Of a stretch of DNA of 64,000 bases, positions 52,649 to 64,000 are shown piece by piece. The translations under genes were made by a program, and so were the position numbers. This stretch comes from Lama guanicoe (Eukaryota), in the NCBI GenBank assembly GCA_013239625.1, contig MU053594.1, positions 1 to 64,000 of the forward strand, written 5' to 3'. The notes beneath the pieces are model-generated. The model had not been told where the DNA came from. It ran no database searches and saw nothing but the letters and a program-made list of their open reading frames with translations. Positions within the stretch are counted from its first letter, which is position 1. Each line of letters opens with the position of its first letter.

Positions 52649-53109
52649 TCAGGCTGCCGGTACTCACCACCTCCAGAGACGACCTGAGCATCCCCCACCC
52701 CTGCTGGCCTCTTAGCATCTACAAGGGGCACACCTGTGCACACGCGTCCACACTGTACCATGGCCCAGCCATTCCAGCCTGACTCCCCTACACTCAAAAA
52801 AAAAAATCTCTCCAATGTTCTCATTGTCCCCCAAATGCCTTCTTCTCTTTCCCTCTCCACAGTCTCATGCAGCCATTCTTTCTGCATGATTTCCTCTTCT
52901 CTCCTTGGCGAACTCCTAGTCATCCGTTAAGGCCTAACTCACAAGTCACCAACATTTAGAAGTTTCCCTTTAGCTCCTCCCCAACTCTGCCTCTCCCCGA
53001 AGCCCACGCAAACTGAGTCACTTTCTCCTTCATTCCCAGAGAGAAAGAATATCTAGCATTGTGTCCTTTGAGCAGTCATATCAATACAATTTTTATGGCA
53101 CTTTCTAAT

Positions 53110-53340
53110 TAAAATGGCCCACATCTGTTGAGTACACACTACTGTGCTAAGAACTTCACACAGATTAGATCACATAATCGTGGCAACAATCTTACAAGAA
53201 AGACAGTATCATTCTTATTTTACAGATGAGAAAAATGAGATGTTTAGAGATGCTGAAACATGGTCTCTGAGGCCAAAGAGCTAGTAAGAAGCTGAGTCGG
53301 GATTCAGATCTGGTTCCAGAGTCTGGACACTGGATACTTA
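53110..53340 (-). mobile_element. MIR SINE (ZBTB16 intron)
   Basis: attcttattttacagatgagaaaaatgaga core. Confidence 0.7.
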
Positions 53341-55006
53341 CAGGCTCACTGACATACTGTACTGTATCTGCTGTCACGCCCAACGTGCTTCTAGAATGGA
53401 AACACCACGAGGGCAAGAAGAGAGCCGTGTTCACCCTTGGAGCCTCAGCACATGGTGCAGGGATGACCCTGAGCAGATGCTGGGGAAATGTCAGTATCCG
53501 AAACTTGGGGAGAACTGCCTTCTCCTGGCCTGGAACCTATGCCCAAGAGCCTCCTTTCTGTGTAGCCCACTCTGACGTCCCCCAGAGGGTGAGAGGCTGG
53601 GATGTGGGGAGTAACCATTTCCCCCTCTGTACCCAAAGTGGGGGCTTTGGGAGAAGAAAGGTGAGGCCTTCAGCTACTTATTTATTACAGGAGTGAAGGC
53701 ACAGACAATAAAGATAGATTGATCACCCCAGACTTTGTTCATGAATATTTAAATATAGCTGATTCGTCTTGTCACTGTAATTACAATTTCTCTGGGCTGC
53801 ATCTCCAGCAACCACAGTTTATGGTAAAGAATGGCCCACTGTATTTCACTTGTCCCTCTGCAGATGTGCGGGGCTGCCAACCGTGTAATGTCCTCTGCAT
53901 TTCATACATTTTCTTCAGCTGCTGAAGGTTTAAGTCATCCACAATGACCTACGTTTTTTCATTATCCCCATGTCAAACTGCGCTCGTGCCTCGGCATAAA
54001 TTGTCCTTCTCGTTATAGACTTGCAGGCCTGCGCCTTCACTTCCTCTTTCAAATGGTATTTTACACTCTTCTCTCTCTCCCCTCCTCGGGAGGCTAACCA
54101 CATCTCCCCCTTCTCGAATGTAGGCCCCTGGACCCACATAAATTCTCATCTCTTCCGACGGGCTCTGAAGGGTTTTTAAGGCTTGGTGGGGAGAGGATGC
54201 TGGGGTCTGCTCGCTGGTGGGCTCTCTCATGGATGGAAGATTTGCAGGGCGCTCCGAGGGCATAGAGGGGTGGGTGGGAGCACTTCCATCAAGGATTTGG
54301 ACGGGAGAGGCTCGAAGAGCACAGCCGGCCCTTGACACCAGTTCTCACCAATCCACGGGGCGCTGCCCTGGGCTCGGGGGCGAGCCCCGTGACGTGCAGA
54401 TCTGGGGATGAACGGAGTCCCGAATCTTCAGCATCTGCCCGTCCTCTTGCTCCCAGGGTGGTGCACACTGCCTGGTCCCCAGCCGCCAGCCCCATCCAAC
54501 CCAAGGGGAGGAGAGGCCGGTGCAGATCCTGGTCCTAACTCATCATGTGTCTAACAGAGTGAGCGTCAGTGCTGCCCAGGGCCCGCCCGCCACTCCCTCT
54601 GTGTAACGTCTGCACATCCAGCCCCGTCTGACATCCAGCTCCCCCTCCCTTTTGAATCGGCAACGATTACGACTTTAATCAAGGATTCAGTATCCTCATT
54701 AAGATATAAATAAATAAATAAAGCAAGGGCCACGAGAGACTTCAGCCGGAGCCAGTAATTAAAACGTACATCGGCAGCCGCTCGGCCGGGGGAGGGATCC
54801 GCCGTCTGTGTCCCTCCCCTTCTGGTGGTGGTGGGGGGGTGGCGGCGGCTAAGAGTTTAAAAAACAAAGGGTTAAGGCAGAGGTTGGTTTGATCAGATTT
54901 TTATGAATTTAATTACGAAGTGGATCACATGTTAAATGAGTTTAAATAGGAAATCTCTAGAGTCAGGGAAAGGAGTAAAAAGAACTTAGGAAAGAGAAGA
55001 CACTAG

Positions 55007-55062
55007 TGTGCGTGCGCACACACACAGACACACACAGACACACACACACACACACACACACG
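55007..55062. repeat. Interrupted (CA)n microsatellite / alternating purine-pyrimidine tract
   Basis: gtgtgcgtgcgcacacacacagacacacacagacacacacacacacacacacacacg. Confidence 0.9.
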
Positions 55063-56499
55063 CTTGAAGTTTGAAGCATGGCAAGCCCCTGGACTAAAAT
55101 CCTCACCCGGAGAGTTAATCGTGTCCGTGTGGCCATAATGTACACAAAACTGGCTGCAGAACTCAAAATCCAATTTGTGGCATGTTGATTAACTCTGCAG
55201 CCTCTTTAATGAGCTTGACATTAAGTGCAGGACAAACGAGACTAATTAGAGCCCCCTCCGGCCTGCCCAGCGCACCTGTGACCCCAGCGGCCTGTCCTCA
55301 CCTGGTGGTTTTCCTGGCACTGGCTGGGCCCAAGTGTGGTCCTCTCCATCCCGGCCCCATCCCGTCGGCTCCTCAGCCCCCCGCCCCTTCAACACAGCTG
55401 AGAGTTTATTATATGATGAGCTGTGTGAATCAGGGATCCATCACTGCCAAGAGCGCGGCTGGACTAACCTACCAAACACAGCTGCCGATGCTAAACACCC
55501 GGCCCCAGCAGCAAGTGGGCCAAGAACAACGGAATATCAATGAGGCATTGTGTGCGGATGTGCTCGGCCGGTGGAGGGCTGTGTGCACACAGCCTCGCTG
55601 GTGCGAAACCGGTGGGTGTGGACGTGTGGGTGCACGGGCAGCGCCCATGCTCCATGCTTCCTAGATAACGCAAGAACTGCTCCCAAACGATGTCTGGAAA
55701 GAGTCCCTCCCCATGGATCTGAGCCACGACTGACACAGGGACGAGTGACATTTTAATAGCGAGCGCTCAGAAGCTGGCGTGGGCAAGGCAGGGCGTATCC
55801 CTGGTGGACTTCTCAGGACTAGGATCATTCAAGTCGCATAAGACCGAATGGTGGGACCCCAGCAGCATGGTCAGAAGTGGCTGAAAGGCAACTGGCCATC
55901 TTTGATAAGGCTCAGCTTGGGGACCCGGTGGGGAGGTGTTGACCGGAAGGTGCATACACCTGCAGGAGATGCTTATGCCATCACCACAGAGAAAGTCCTT
56001 GTCAGCATCTCTTCTTCATGAGCACTTCTTATCCGGCCTCACCCTCTGGGACCTCCCCTTGTCCTATGGCAGCAAATCTAAAAAGTTCTAAGCAAATCTG
56101 GTGATGCTAGGGGGTCAGAGGCTGCCGCAAGGAAGCAAGTGCCTCTTGGCCCTCAGGACCAAGTGCCCCATCCCCCAAACCTAGAAGGTGGTGGCAAGGA
56201 CTAGGCATGCCTGGCACCTGGCTCAGACCCCTCGGCTCACAACTGCTCTCCTCCGCCATCATCTGGAAGTGGCTAAGCAGGGCTGTATCCTGGCTCACTG
56301 TTTATACACCCTCATTGTCTGCCCTAAACAGGAGTAAGGCCTGAGTATACAAAATGTGATTCTGTTACTGCGGGGCAAGTGACACCACTCCTGCAACATT
56401 CCCTTAAGATCCCGAGGCTGCCCCCAGGAGCGTGTGTGGGTGGAATGGGGCCAGTGAGAGTGCGAGGGGGCGTGGCAGACAGAGACCAAGCAGGTGGGT

Positions 56500-56660
56500 T
56501 TTTCTCACAATGCATTTTGGGTCCACCTGTAGCAGAATCCTTTGGGACTATTTACTAATAATGTTGAGTCCTGGCCCCTGTGCCCACTGAATCGAGGTTT
56601 CTGAGAGTGGGACCCAGGAACCTGCATTTCTAATGAGGGCCTTCTCTGTTGAGCACGGAG
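56500..56660. mobile_element. MER5A-like DNA transposon
   Basis: cccactgaatcgaggtttctgagagtgggacccaggaacctgcatttctaa. Confidence 0.6.
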
Positions 56661-56868
56661 AGACTGAGAACCAAAAGTCCCCAAGATGGGAAGGAATAAG
56701 AACTATCCACATTGATCTGCACCTCGGAGGCCCCCACATGCCTGACACTTGAGCAGAGAAGCGCTGAGGGCCCACTCAACCGGGCACCCCGCTGGATGTG
56801 TCTGGAGATAAATCCGGACAGCGGTTCCCAGAGACCCTGGCCGACCCGCCCGGCCCTGCCTGGCCTAC

Positions 56869-57039
56869 CTGTGTGTGAGCGCAGGTGGCGTTTGAGGGCG
56901 GTGTGGCTGGGGAAGGTGCGGTTGCACTCGCTGCAGATGTAGCTGCGCACGCCCGCGTGGACCTCCATGTGCTGCTGGAGCGCGCTCTGCGCCTGGAAGC
57001 GCTTCCCGCACAGCAGACAGAAGACGGCCATGTCCGTGC
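56869..57039 (-). CDS. ZBTB16: ZBTB16 (PLZF) internal coding exon (third-last), C2H2 zinc fingers 4-5
   Basis: Translates (G)TDMAVFCLLCGKRFQAQSALQQHMEVHAGVRSYICSECNRTFPSHTALKRHLRSHT(G), which I recognise as PLZF; 171 nt; acceptor cccgcAG| and donor |GTaggc; phase 1-1. Confidence 0.97.
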
Positions 57040-58709
57040 CTGCGGGGGACAGGAGCGGGAGAGCCTCAGCAGGTGCACACACAGGCCGTTCTTCACCCAG
57101 CCGGGCTGGAGCAAGGAGCCAGCGTCTGGACAGCGCCCCCACCCCAGGCCCCATGCTCTGCGGCAAACCCAGAAGTGGTGCAGGCCATGCAGTGTTGATG
57201 GAGCGCCCCGTACGTGGCTCCAGTGGTGGAAGAAAGAACTTTCTTTCTGCCTTCATGGAACCCGAAGTCTGGTGGGAGAAAGACAGGCATTAATTAAACA
57301 TATCGCGGCAGCAGCCAATGAGTCTGCAGTCGTATGGAGTGCTACGGGGAGGGCAGGGTACCCAGCAAGCATCTCTCAGAGGGACTTTCAGGGCCTGGGC
57401 CAGGCGGACGGGAGTCAGGGTGCCTCTGCGAGAAATCACGATGATGAAGGTGACACGTGCCCCCCACGATTTAAATGTAACTAACTCAAAATCACGTCTC
57501 CAAAAGGCGGGTTCTACACCCTCACCCTTCAGGGTAAGGGAAAGGAGGCACAGAGAGCTTGAGGAACTTGTCCAAAGGAGCACAGGGTTTACAAGGCAGC
57601 CTGGAGTTGCTCCTCTCCCGATGCTGGCCACAGTCCCAATTCTCTTAACCACACCTTCATTCATTAAATGCATGTGTACATCTTAAGGTTGCCTGTCCTC
57701 ATCATAGATGGTCCCCAGTTCCCTGGGCCATCGGGAGAGCATTCCAGGAAGATGGAACAGTGTCTGTGAGCTGGAGAGAAACATGCTGGATCGGAGGACC
57801 AGACAGAATAGCGCAGCTGGGGAGGCAGAGAGAAAGTTGAGGGGGGATACCAAAGAAGTGGGCAGAGCCGGCTTGCACGGGGTCTTGAAAACCTTCTAAG
57901 AGCTTAGGCTTCATCACAAGACCAATGAGCAACTGCATAGGGATTTTTAAGCTAATGAGGCACATGAGATTTTCATTTAACTCTGTCCTGTCGTTCCCTG
58001 GGCTGCTGAGAAGCAAAGTAGGTACCCCATGGTGCTCCACAAGGACAGGCTGCCATTTTCTGTCTGTTATCAACCCCCTTTCCAATGATGCTTTGGAGCA
58101 AGACGGCTTTCTGGGGTTCAGCACCATGTGAGGAAGCGTCTAAACCCACCATCTGAGTCCTAACTGGGAGCTCTTTGCCCACCTTGGATTCCATTTTCCT
58201 AAGAACGTCAGCTCCCCCCGGGAAGTCCAGCTGCTCACCTCTCTTTGCTGGCACCTGAGCACCATCACCTGCGCTCAGCCCAGCGCTGCCTCCTCCCCAT
58301 CCCCGCCCCCCAACACTGTAAGAGACACAAGCGGGAAAGAGGGTCAGGTCCAGCCCCTGTCAGCCCAGAGCAGAAGGTGGGGCAGAGCTTTGGCTGCAGC
58401 AAGTTGTGGGCTGCTCGGTGTGGAATCGGGGAGCTCCTGGTGAAACGGGGAAGAGCTTGCTACTCCCAGGTCCATCAGCAGAAACAGCAGATGGGAGGCC
58501 TGTTCTCGCTGCCTCCGTCCCATTCATGACGGGGTTTGCAATGGGAAGGCAAGGAAAGCCTCTCATCCCCACCAAGCCCCCACCCCTCACAGCACCTGCA
58601 CCCATGCTCCATCCCACTGCCTGCACCCAGGTCTCAGGAAGGCTGAGCAGGGGACTGAGTACAAGCAAGGGAGGAATTTGCTCCTGGCCTCAAAGAGCAG
58701 GAGAGAAGG

Positions 58710-58890
58710 GGAACTAACACAGACCTTGTGCCAGGTCCTTTATCTATGTTGTCATCTCATTTAAAACTTGCAACCCTACAAGGCAGGATTTTCATGCCCC
58801 TTTTTACAAATGGGAAAACAGAGTGATTAAATAGCTTGCCTAAGGTCACACAGTTAGAAAGAGGCAGGACTGGGTGGGATTTATAAATGT
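58710..58890 (-). mobile_element. MIR SINE (ZBTB16 intron)
   Basis: cccctttttacaaatgggaaaacagagtgattaaatagcttgcctaaggtcacacag. Confidence 0.75.
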
Positions 58891-61800
58891 CCGAGTCTGT
58901 CCGATTTCAGAAACCACAGGGCTGGGCTCATGTCTCTGTCTGCACCTGTTACCTGTCTATCTGGGCTTCTCCTGGAAGAGGCACAGTAAGGACATGGCTG
59001 GGTCGGGAGCCCCAGCACATCCGGGGCCCACGCTAGCAACAGGGAGAGAACCCGGGCCAGGAGGAACACACTGGAGGCCGGATCACAAGGCAGAGCTCTC
59101 TGAAGCTTTCCAGCAAGCTCTCTGCGAGGTACTGGGGCGCTCGCTCCACTTGATGGCGGGGGCACACTGAGCAGAGTGGTCTGCCCAGCAGAAGCAGGCT
59201 GAGGGCCGACAGTGCGTCCTAAAAGCCCAGTCTGGCCCGGCCAGCAGGCCCAGGAGAGTCCGTCTGTCACGTGTTCTGTGCCACAGCACCTCTGCCCACT
59301 TCACAAGGGCCCCCAGCACCGACCCCCTCCCTGGCCCTGACCTTGCCCCACAGAGAGCCTCAATGAAGCCAGACATCAAACATCTGCCTTTTATCTGTAA
59401 GATGGAGCCGGCATCCTGGGCCAGCCTTGCCCTTTAAGTGCCCAGGTTTCTCCTTCTGCATTCCTGAAATCCTCAGTGTGGAAGGATCCTGGGTCAGAGA
59501 AGCATGAAGGACCTTCCCAGCAGGACACCCCGAGCCTGAACAGCCAGGCCAAGAGAAGCTCTGAGGGCCAGTCCCACCACAGGGCAGAGCCTCACCCCAT
59601 CCCCTCCATCCCGTGGTCCTCCTAGGGCCCCAAAGCTGCCCCGCTATGCGGTCCCTTTTTCTCAGGATGGCCTGAACCCACCTCGTGTCCATTCAGCCGA
59701 CTCAGCGAACATCACCTAGTGTAGGCACTGGGCCAGGTAACGACAGGGATGCTGGGATCACCCAGAGGAGCAGGGTCCCAGATCAGTGGGGGACACAGAC
59801 AAGCCAACAACCAGCCAGAGGGTAACGCAGGCTGATGGACGCCAAGAGGGCTTTGGAGATTTTGAGCTCAGCTTTCAGAAACGAAGAGTGCTGAGAAGCT
59901 GAGGACCAGAGAAAGGAGGCAGGCTAAGGAAACACCGCAAGCAAATTTCCGAGCAGGCAGGGACAGAGGAAAGACCCGGAGGGTGAAGATGAGCCAGGGA
60001 GGTTACTGGGGGTCAGAGCACAGAGGGCCATATCGCCAGGTGGGACAAGTTAGATTTCATTCTGCAGGCAACGCGGTGCCATGAAAAGATGGGGGGAGGA
60101 TGCCAGCGCGATATAACCCATACGTGAGGGCAGTGACCCTGGAGGCAGCGTGGGGACCAACAGCAGTGGCAAGTGGCATCTCTTCCCTGGAAGCAGGGAG
60201 AGAGATTATGGCTTTTCTGTTACCATTGGAGGAGGGTGGGACCAGACTACGGGCTGCAAGAAGAGGAGGGGGGACTGGAGAAGTAGAATCCTGGGCAGTG
60301 GCAGTCCCTCGGCCTGGGCTCAAGTCGGGAAGCATGGTGCATCTGAAGTCTGGGATGCCAGCTCTACACTGTGGTGATAGGTTTAAAGTTATGCAGTCAC
60401 CACCTGGAAAGGAAATGCTATAGGGTTCCTACAGTGGTCCCTCTCCCCTTCCTGGGACATCCCACAAGGTGCATGGGTTCTTCATAGCCACCAATCCACT
60501 GCCCGAGGCTCAGAGATGAAGAGATGGGGGCTCTGAGGCCCCACATCCACTCTCTCCATCTTTCTGTTTAGAGGTAACAACTGAGAGGATGGAAAAATAT
60601 TTTAAAAGAAAAAAGGAAAGGGCGGGGGGTAGGGGGAAAGGAGTGGATGAGACACCAGAAAAGCTACTGGTGTATGCAAGTTAAAAATCTAGACTAGATT
60701 TGAGTTATTAAACAATTTGCCGTAGTTTCTGCCTAGCTGATTGCTCGCATGTATGATGAGTCAGGGCAGACTCTATTACCCTGGGAGATTAAGCAAATAA
60801 ATGCTAGCTTTTGGAAACACATTAAAATGTGGGACTATGGAAATAAAATTATCTAGAAAATTGTATTAGCAATTCATTAGCTACAGTGAGATGTGCAGCG
60901 GGGCCAGGCACCCCCACCCAGCCCCGGCAGCGTTAGCACTCTGTTCCCTCCAACACCCGAGCCCCTGAGATGCTCACTGCCTCTTCCTCTGCTGGGGGGA
61001 CCTCGTGCCTGATGCCGCCGGGGAGACGGAAGGAGACTTCACGGGTTGCAAAAGACCTTCAGAAATCAAATGGTCAGCACAACACGAGGGAGGCAAAAGC
61101 AGCACATGGGTCCCGGCTCTGCCCCTCACTTGCCTGTGACCCAGAGCAAGTGTCTGAACTTCTCTGGACCAGAGTTTGCTCATTTTTTGCCAGATTGCTT
61201 GCAGCCATTGGGAGCATCCAGCGAGACACCTGAGTGAAAAAGCTTTTTAACTCTGAAGTGGCTGCAGAGCCAGCGCCAGCCCAGACGATACCTCTGTCTG
61301 AATTAGAAAACCATGCCTCTTCCTCTGGGCAGACACAGATCCTCGCCTGGGCACACAGCTCTGGCAAGTAAAGAGGGCTGGACTCCAGCCTCCATGTCTC
61401 CTCCCGTAGTGAACAACCTGGATACAGATCACGGCCACCCTGCACGATACACAAGCCTAAGTTGTTCTATCGACTCTGGGCTGCTTCTTCCAGGGAGCTG
61501 ACCCACGAGAAGGCTTCTGGGATGAGTGCCACCATTTAGGACTCAGTGCCAAGAACACCTTCCTTCTCTGAGCCCTCACGATTCCAGCTTCATTATTAAA
61601 ACCTTCGTTGCACATTCTTCTGACATTCAGCCACGCCTGCTAGATGGTAAGCCCTCCAAAGCAGGGGCTGCTTTCTTCATCGTTATGCCCCCAACATAGA
61701 GCACAGGGCCTGGCATACAGGAGGCACTTGATAACTGCATGTTGTATTATGGAATAAATCAGAAGCTGTGGGACAATCCCAAAGGGCAGAGGGGGCCACC

Positions 61801-64000
61801 GGGCGGGGAAAGTCAGGTTCAGAGAGATGGACAGCTAGAGCTGGGGAGAGCCCAGACCACAGGCCACCGTTACTGAGGGCTGGTCCACAGAGAGCTGGTC
61901 TCTTTGGGGCCTCTCACGTCTGTCTGGTGGGTTCAACAGGACTCCCCAGGTTCTGACTCCATGCCTGAGTTCTGTTGCTCTGAAGTGAAGACCTAGCCCA
62001 CAGACGGACCAGTTGTACCACAGCATGCAGTGATACAGGAGACCCCAGTTCTGGCCCAGAGAAGCAGCCCTTCCTGGCTCTGTGGCCCTGGGCCGGGTGG
62101 CTGCTGCCCTCGGCCTCATGTCTGCATCTGGGAAGTCCTGAGTATTCATGACTAAGCTGCCCTTTCCAGCACCGACGTCACAGTGCTGTTATGAGGCAAT
62201 TGACAAATGTTATTGAGTGTGTAAATCCTACCAGTGTATGGTTTTCTATCAATCTGTAAATTTCAGTGTAACTCAGATACACAAATCAGCCATGGCCCAA
62301 AGAAATCATTTATCAGGTCAAAGAACAGCACTTCCTCTGCTCTTCTGAAGAATGAATGGGGCTCAGTCTTAGGCTGGACTCCAAGGGCGTCTGTCTGCCT
62401 GAAGGGAATGTGAACGAGGAAGAGGGAGTAGGTGTGGCAGGGTTGATGGAGAGAGGTTCTAGGTAATGTGCGCAGGGTCCATGCAAACATCTGGACCCTC
62501 ATTTGCATCAGTTCTACCTGGAGATAGTGACCCGCACCACACCCACCTCCCACCCCCAAGGGCAGGCAGCACTGCCAAATTTGGCTGGCACGGCATGTAC
62601 AACTCACAAAGTCCCAATTTAAAACAGGTTTAATTTTAGCCAAAAAAAAAATGGGAGGAAGCCAAGGCTAGGGTGGAACAGGAGGCAGGAGGGGCGACAC
62701 AGACCCAGGGTATTTATTTCACCCAGGTGACGACTGGGTCTGAAATGATGAGACACAAAAACCCTCATGTTTACACCTGTGCCATTTCCATACCAATTAG
62801 CTCTTTAATAGAAAGGAAAGAGCAGGATCAGAGGGGTACACAGCTGGAGAAGACGTTCAGGTGCTACACCTTCTTGGAGCAAGGCCCTTATTATCCTGAG
62901 ATATAAGCAGTTTCTTAAATCAAAAGAGCAGAGGGATCTAAATATACTCGGGGTTTTTTTGGTAAGCCGGCCGTGACTGCTACATGTGTGTGCGTGTGTG
63001 TGAGTGTGTTCATGCACATGGACCTCAGATGGGCTTCTCACGTCCAGCTCCACCTGACCTCATCCAAGAAAAGCAGAGCTGCTTCTCCCCCTCCAGGCCC
63101 TGCAGCTGCTCTCCAGGGGAAGAAAATATCAAATTTAGGGGGCCTGTGAAAACCTCAATTTAAACTGGAATCTCCTCCCACCCTCCACCCCCCTGCTCTG
63201 AAGCGCAGATCCTTTAGACGTGTCTCTCTACTTCCTCTGACCCCCAGGATGACTCTTTCCTAAAACACCATCTCCAACCCTGGGTAGCCTTTGTAACCAC
63301 ACACCAAAACTGTCACAGAAACTGCCACCTTTTTCCCTTCCCCGTCTTTCTCCTCCCTCCCCTCGGGTCATTGCTAAAAAAGTGACAGTGCTGCATCATC
63401 CATTGTGCAGGAGGAAAAGACAGACGGAGACCAGCAGCCCCGGACTGACTCACAGCAAAGGCAGGAAGGCTCTGTCTGCATCTCAAGAGGCTGGAGGGGG
63501 TGTGGGGAGGGGATCAGGACAGCAAGAGGACAGAAAGGAAGCAAAAGCCCTGACCGTGACATCGGCAGGGGCGACTCCCCCTGTGCTATCGCCTAGGGCT
63601 TGGCTCCTTTTCAAGGGATCTACTGAAGAAAGCACAGAGATCCCTCTCTAGCTCTCCTCCTGGGCATAAGTTGAGTATCACTTGGGGTGAGTCCTGAACT
63701 CCCAGCTGTCCTCAGAAGACTAGCTAGGTACACAAGGAGGGCCCAGCCTACCCAGCCCGAAAAGCGTCAGCCCTCTGACCCCCTGCGAGTGACAGCTGCT
63801 GGAGAGTAGGAGACAAGTCCTGCCATTTCCTTTACTGCCTACACCCTCTTTCCCAAAATGGGTAGAGAAGGCTGAGAAAACATCTTTGGAAGACTTGCCT
63901 CAAACCAAATTAGCCACAAGTCTGTGTGCTGGTCACCTACTGCTGGGGCACCTTTAAACATCTGCTCAGTTACAGCTTCCCAAACCAAGCCAGGAGCTAA

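Noticed and set aside
56885..57484. 199-aa plus-strand ORF, and similar ORFs at 49323-49811 and 52283-52687
   Set aside because: Antisense shadows of ZBTB16 zinc-finger exons.

Overview
Mammalian genomic DNA, most likely from a camelid (alpaca, llama or camel), judging by the tRNA-derived Vic-1-type SINEs and the L1 3' ends. Nearly all ORFs in the supplied track are spurious. Two spliced genes lie on the minus strand. (1) The last three coding exons of ZBTB16/PLZF (zinc fingers 4-9; 57039-56869, 52560-52393, 49636-49407), followed by a ~5.3 kb 3'UTR with a poly(A) signal at 44119-44124. (2) A complete, intact three-exon gene (27501-27351, 26011-25804, 24542-24110; 263 aa) of the NNMT/INMT/PNMT small-molecule N-methyltransferase family. 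It sits where NNMT is expected from ZBTB16-NNMT synteny and has NNMT-like exon sizes, but it is probably a paralog rather than the NNMT ortholog. The SAM-binding core is intact while the acceptor pocket differs (NNMT D197->G, D167->E, Y242->A, S213->T, plus a 3-residue C-terminal loop insertion). It is a candidate orphan methyltransferase of unknown substrate and the most interesting object in the window. An L1 has inserted into its 3'UTR between the stop codon and the likely native poly(A) signal. The rest of the window is repeat-rich: a nested L2>LTR>L1 insertion, an L1 with an apparent 3' transduction, an inverted pair of young L1 ends, solo LTRs, MLT/MER/MIR relics, several CTCF-like motifs and a 95-N assembly gap in G-rich sequence. 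Comparisons with human proteins and repeat families are from memory, not from database searches.
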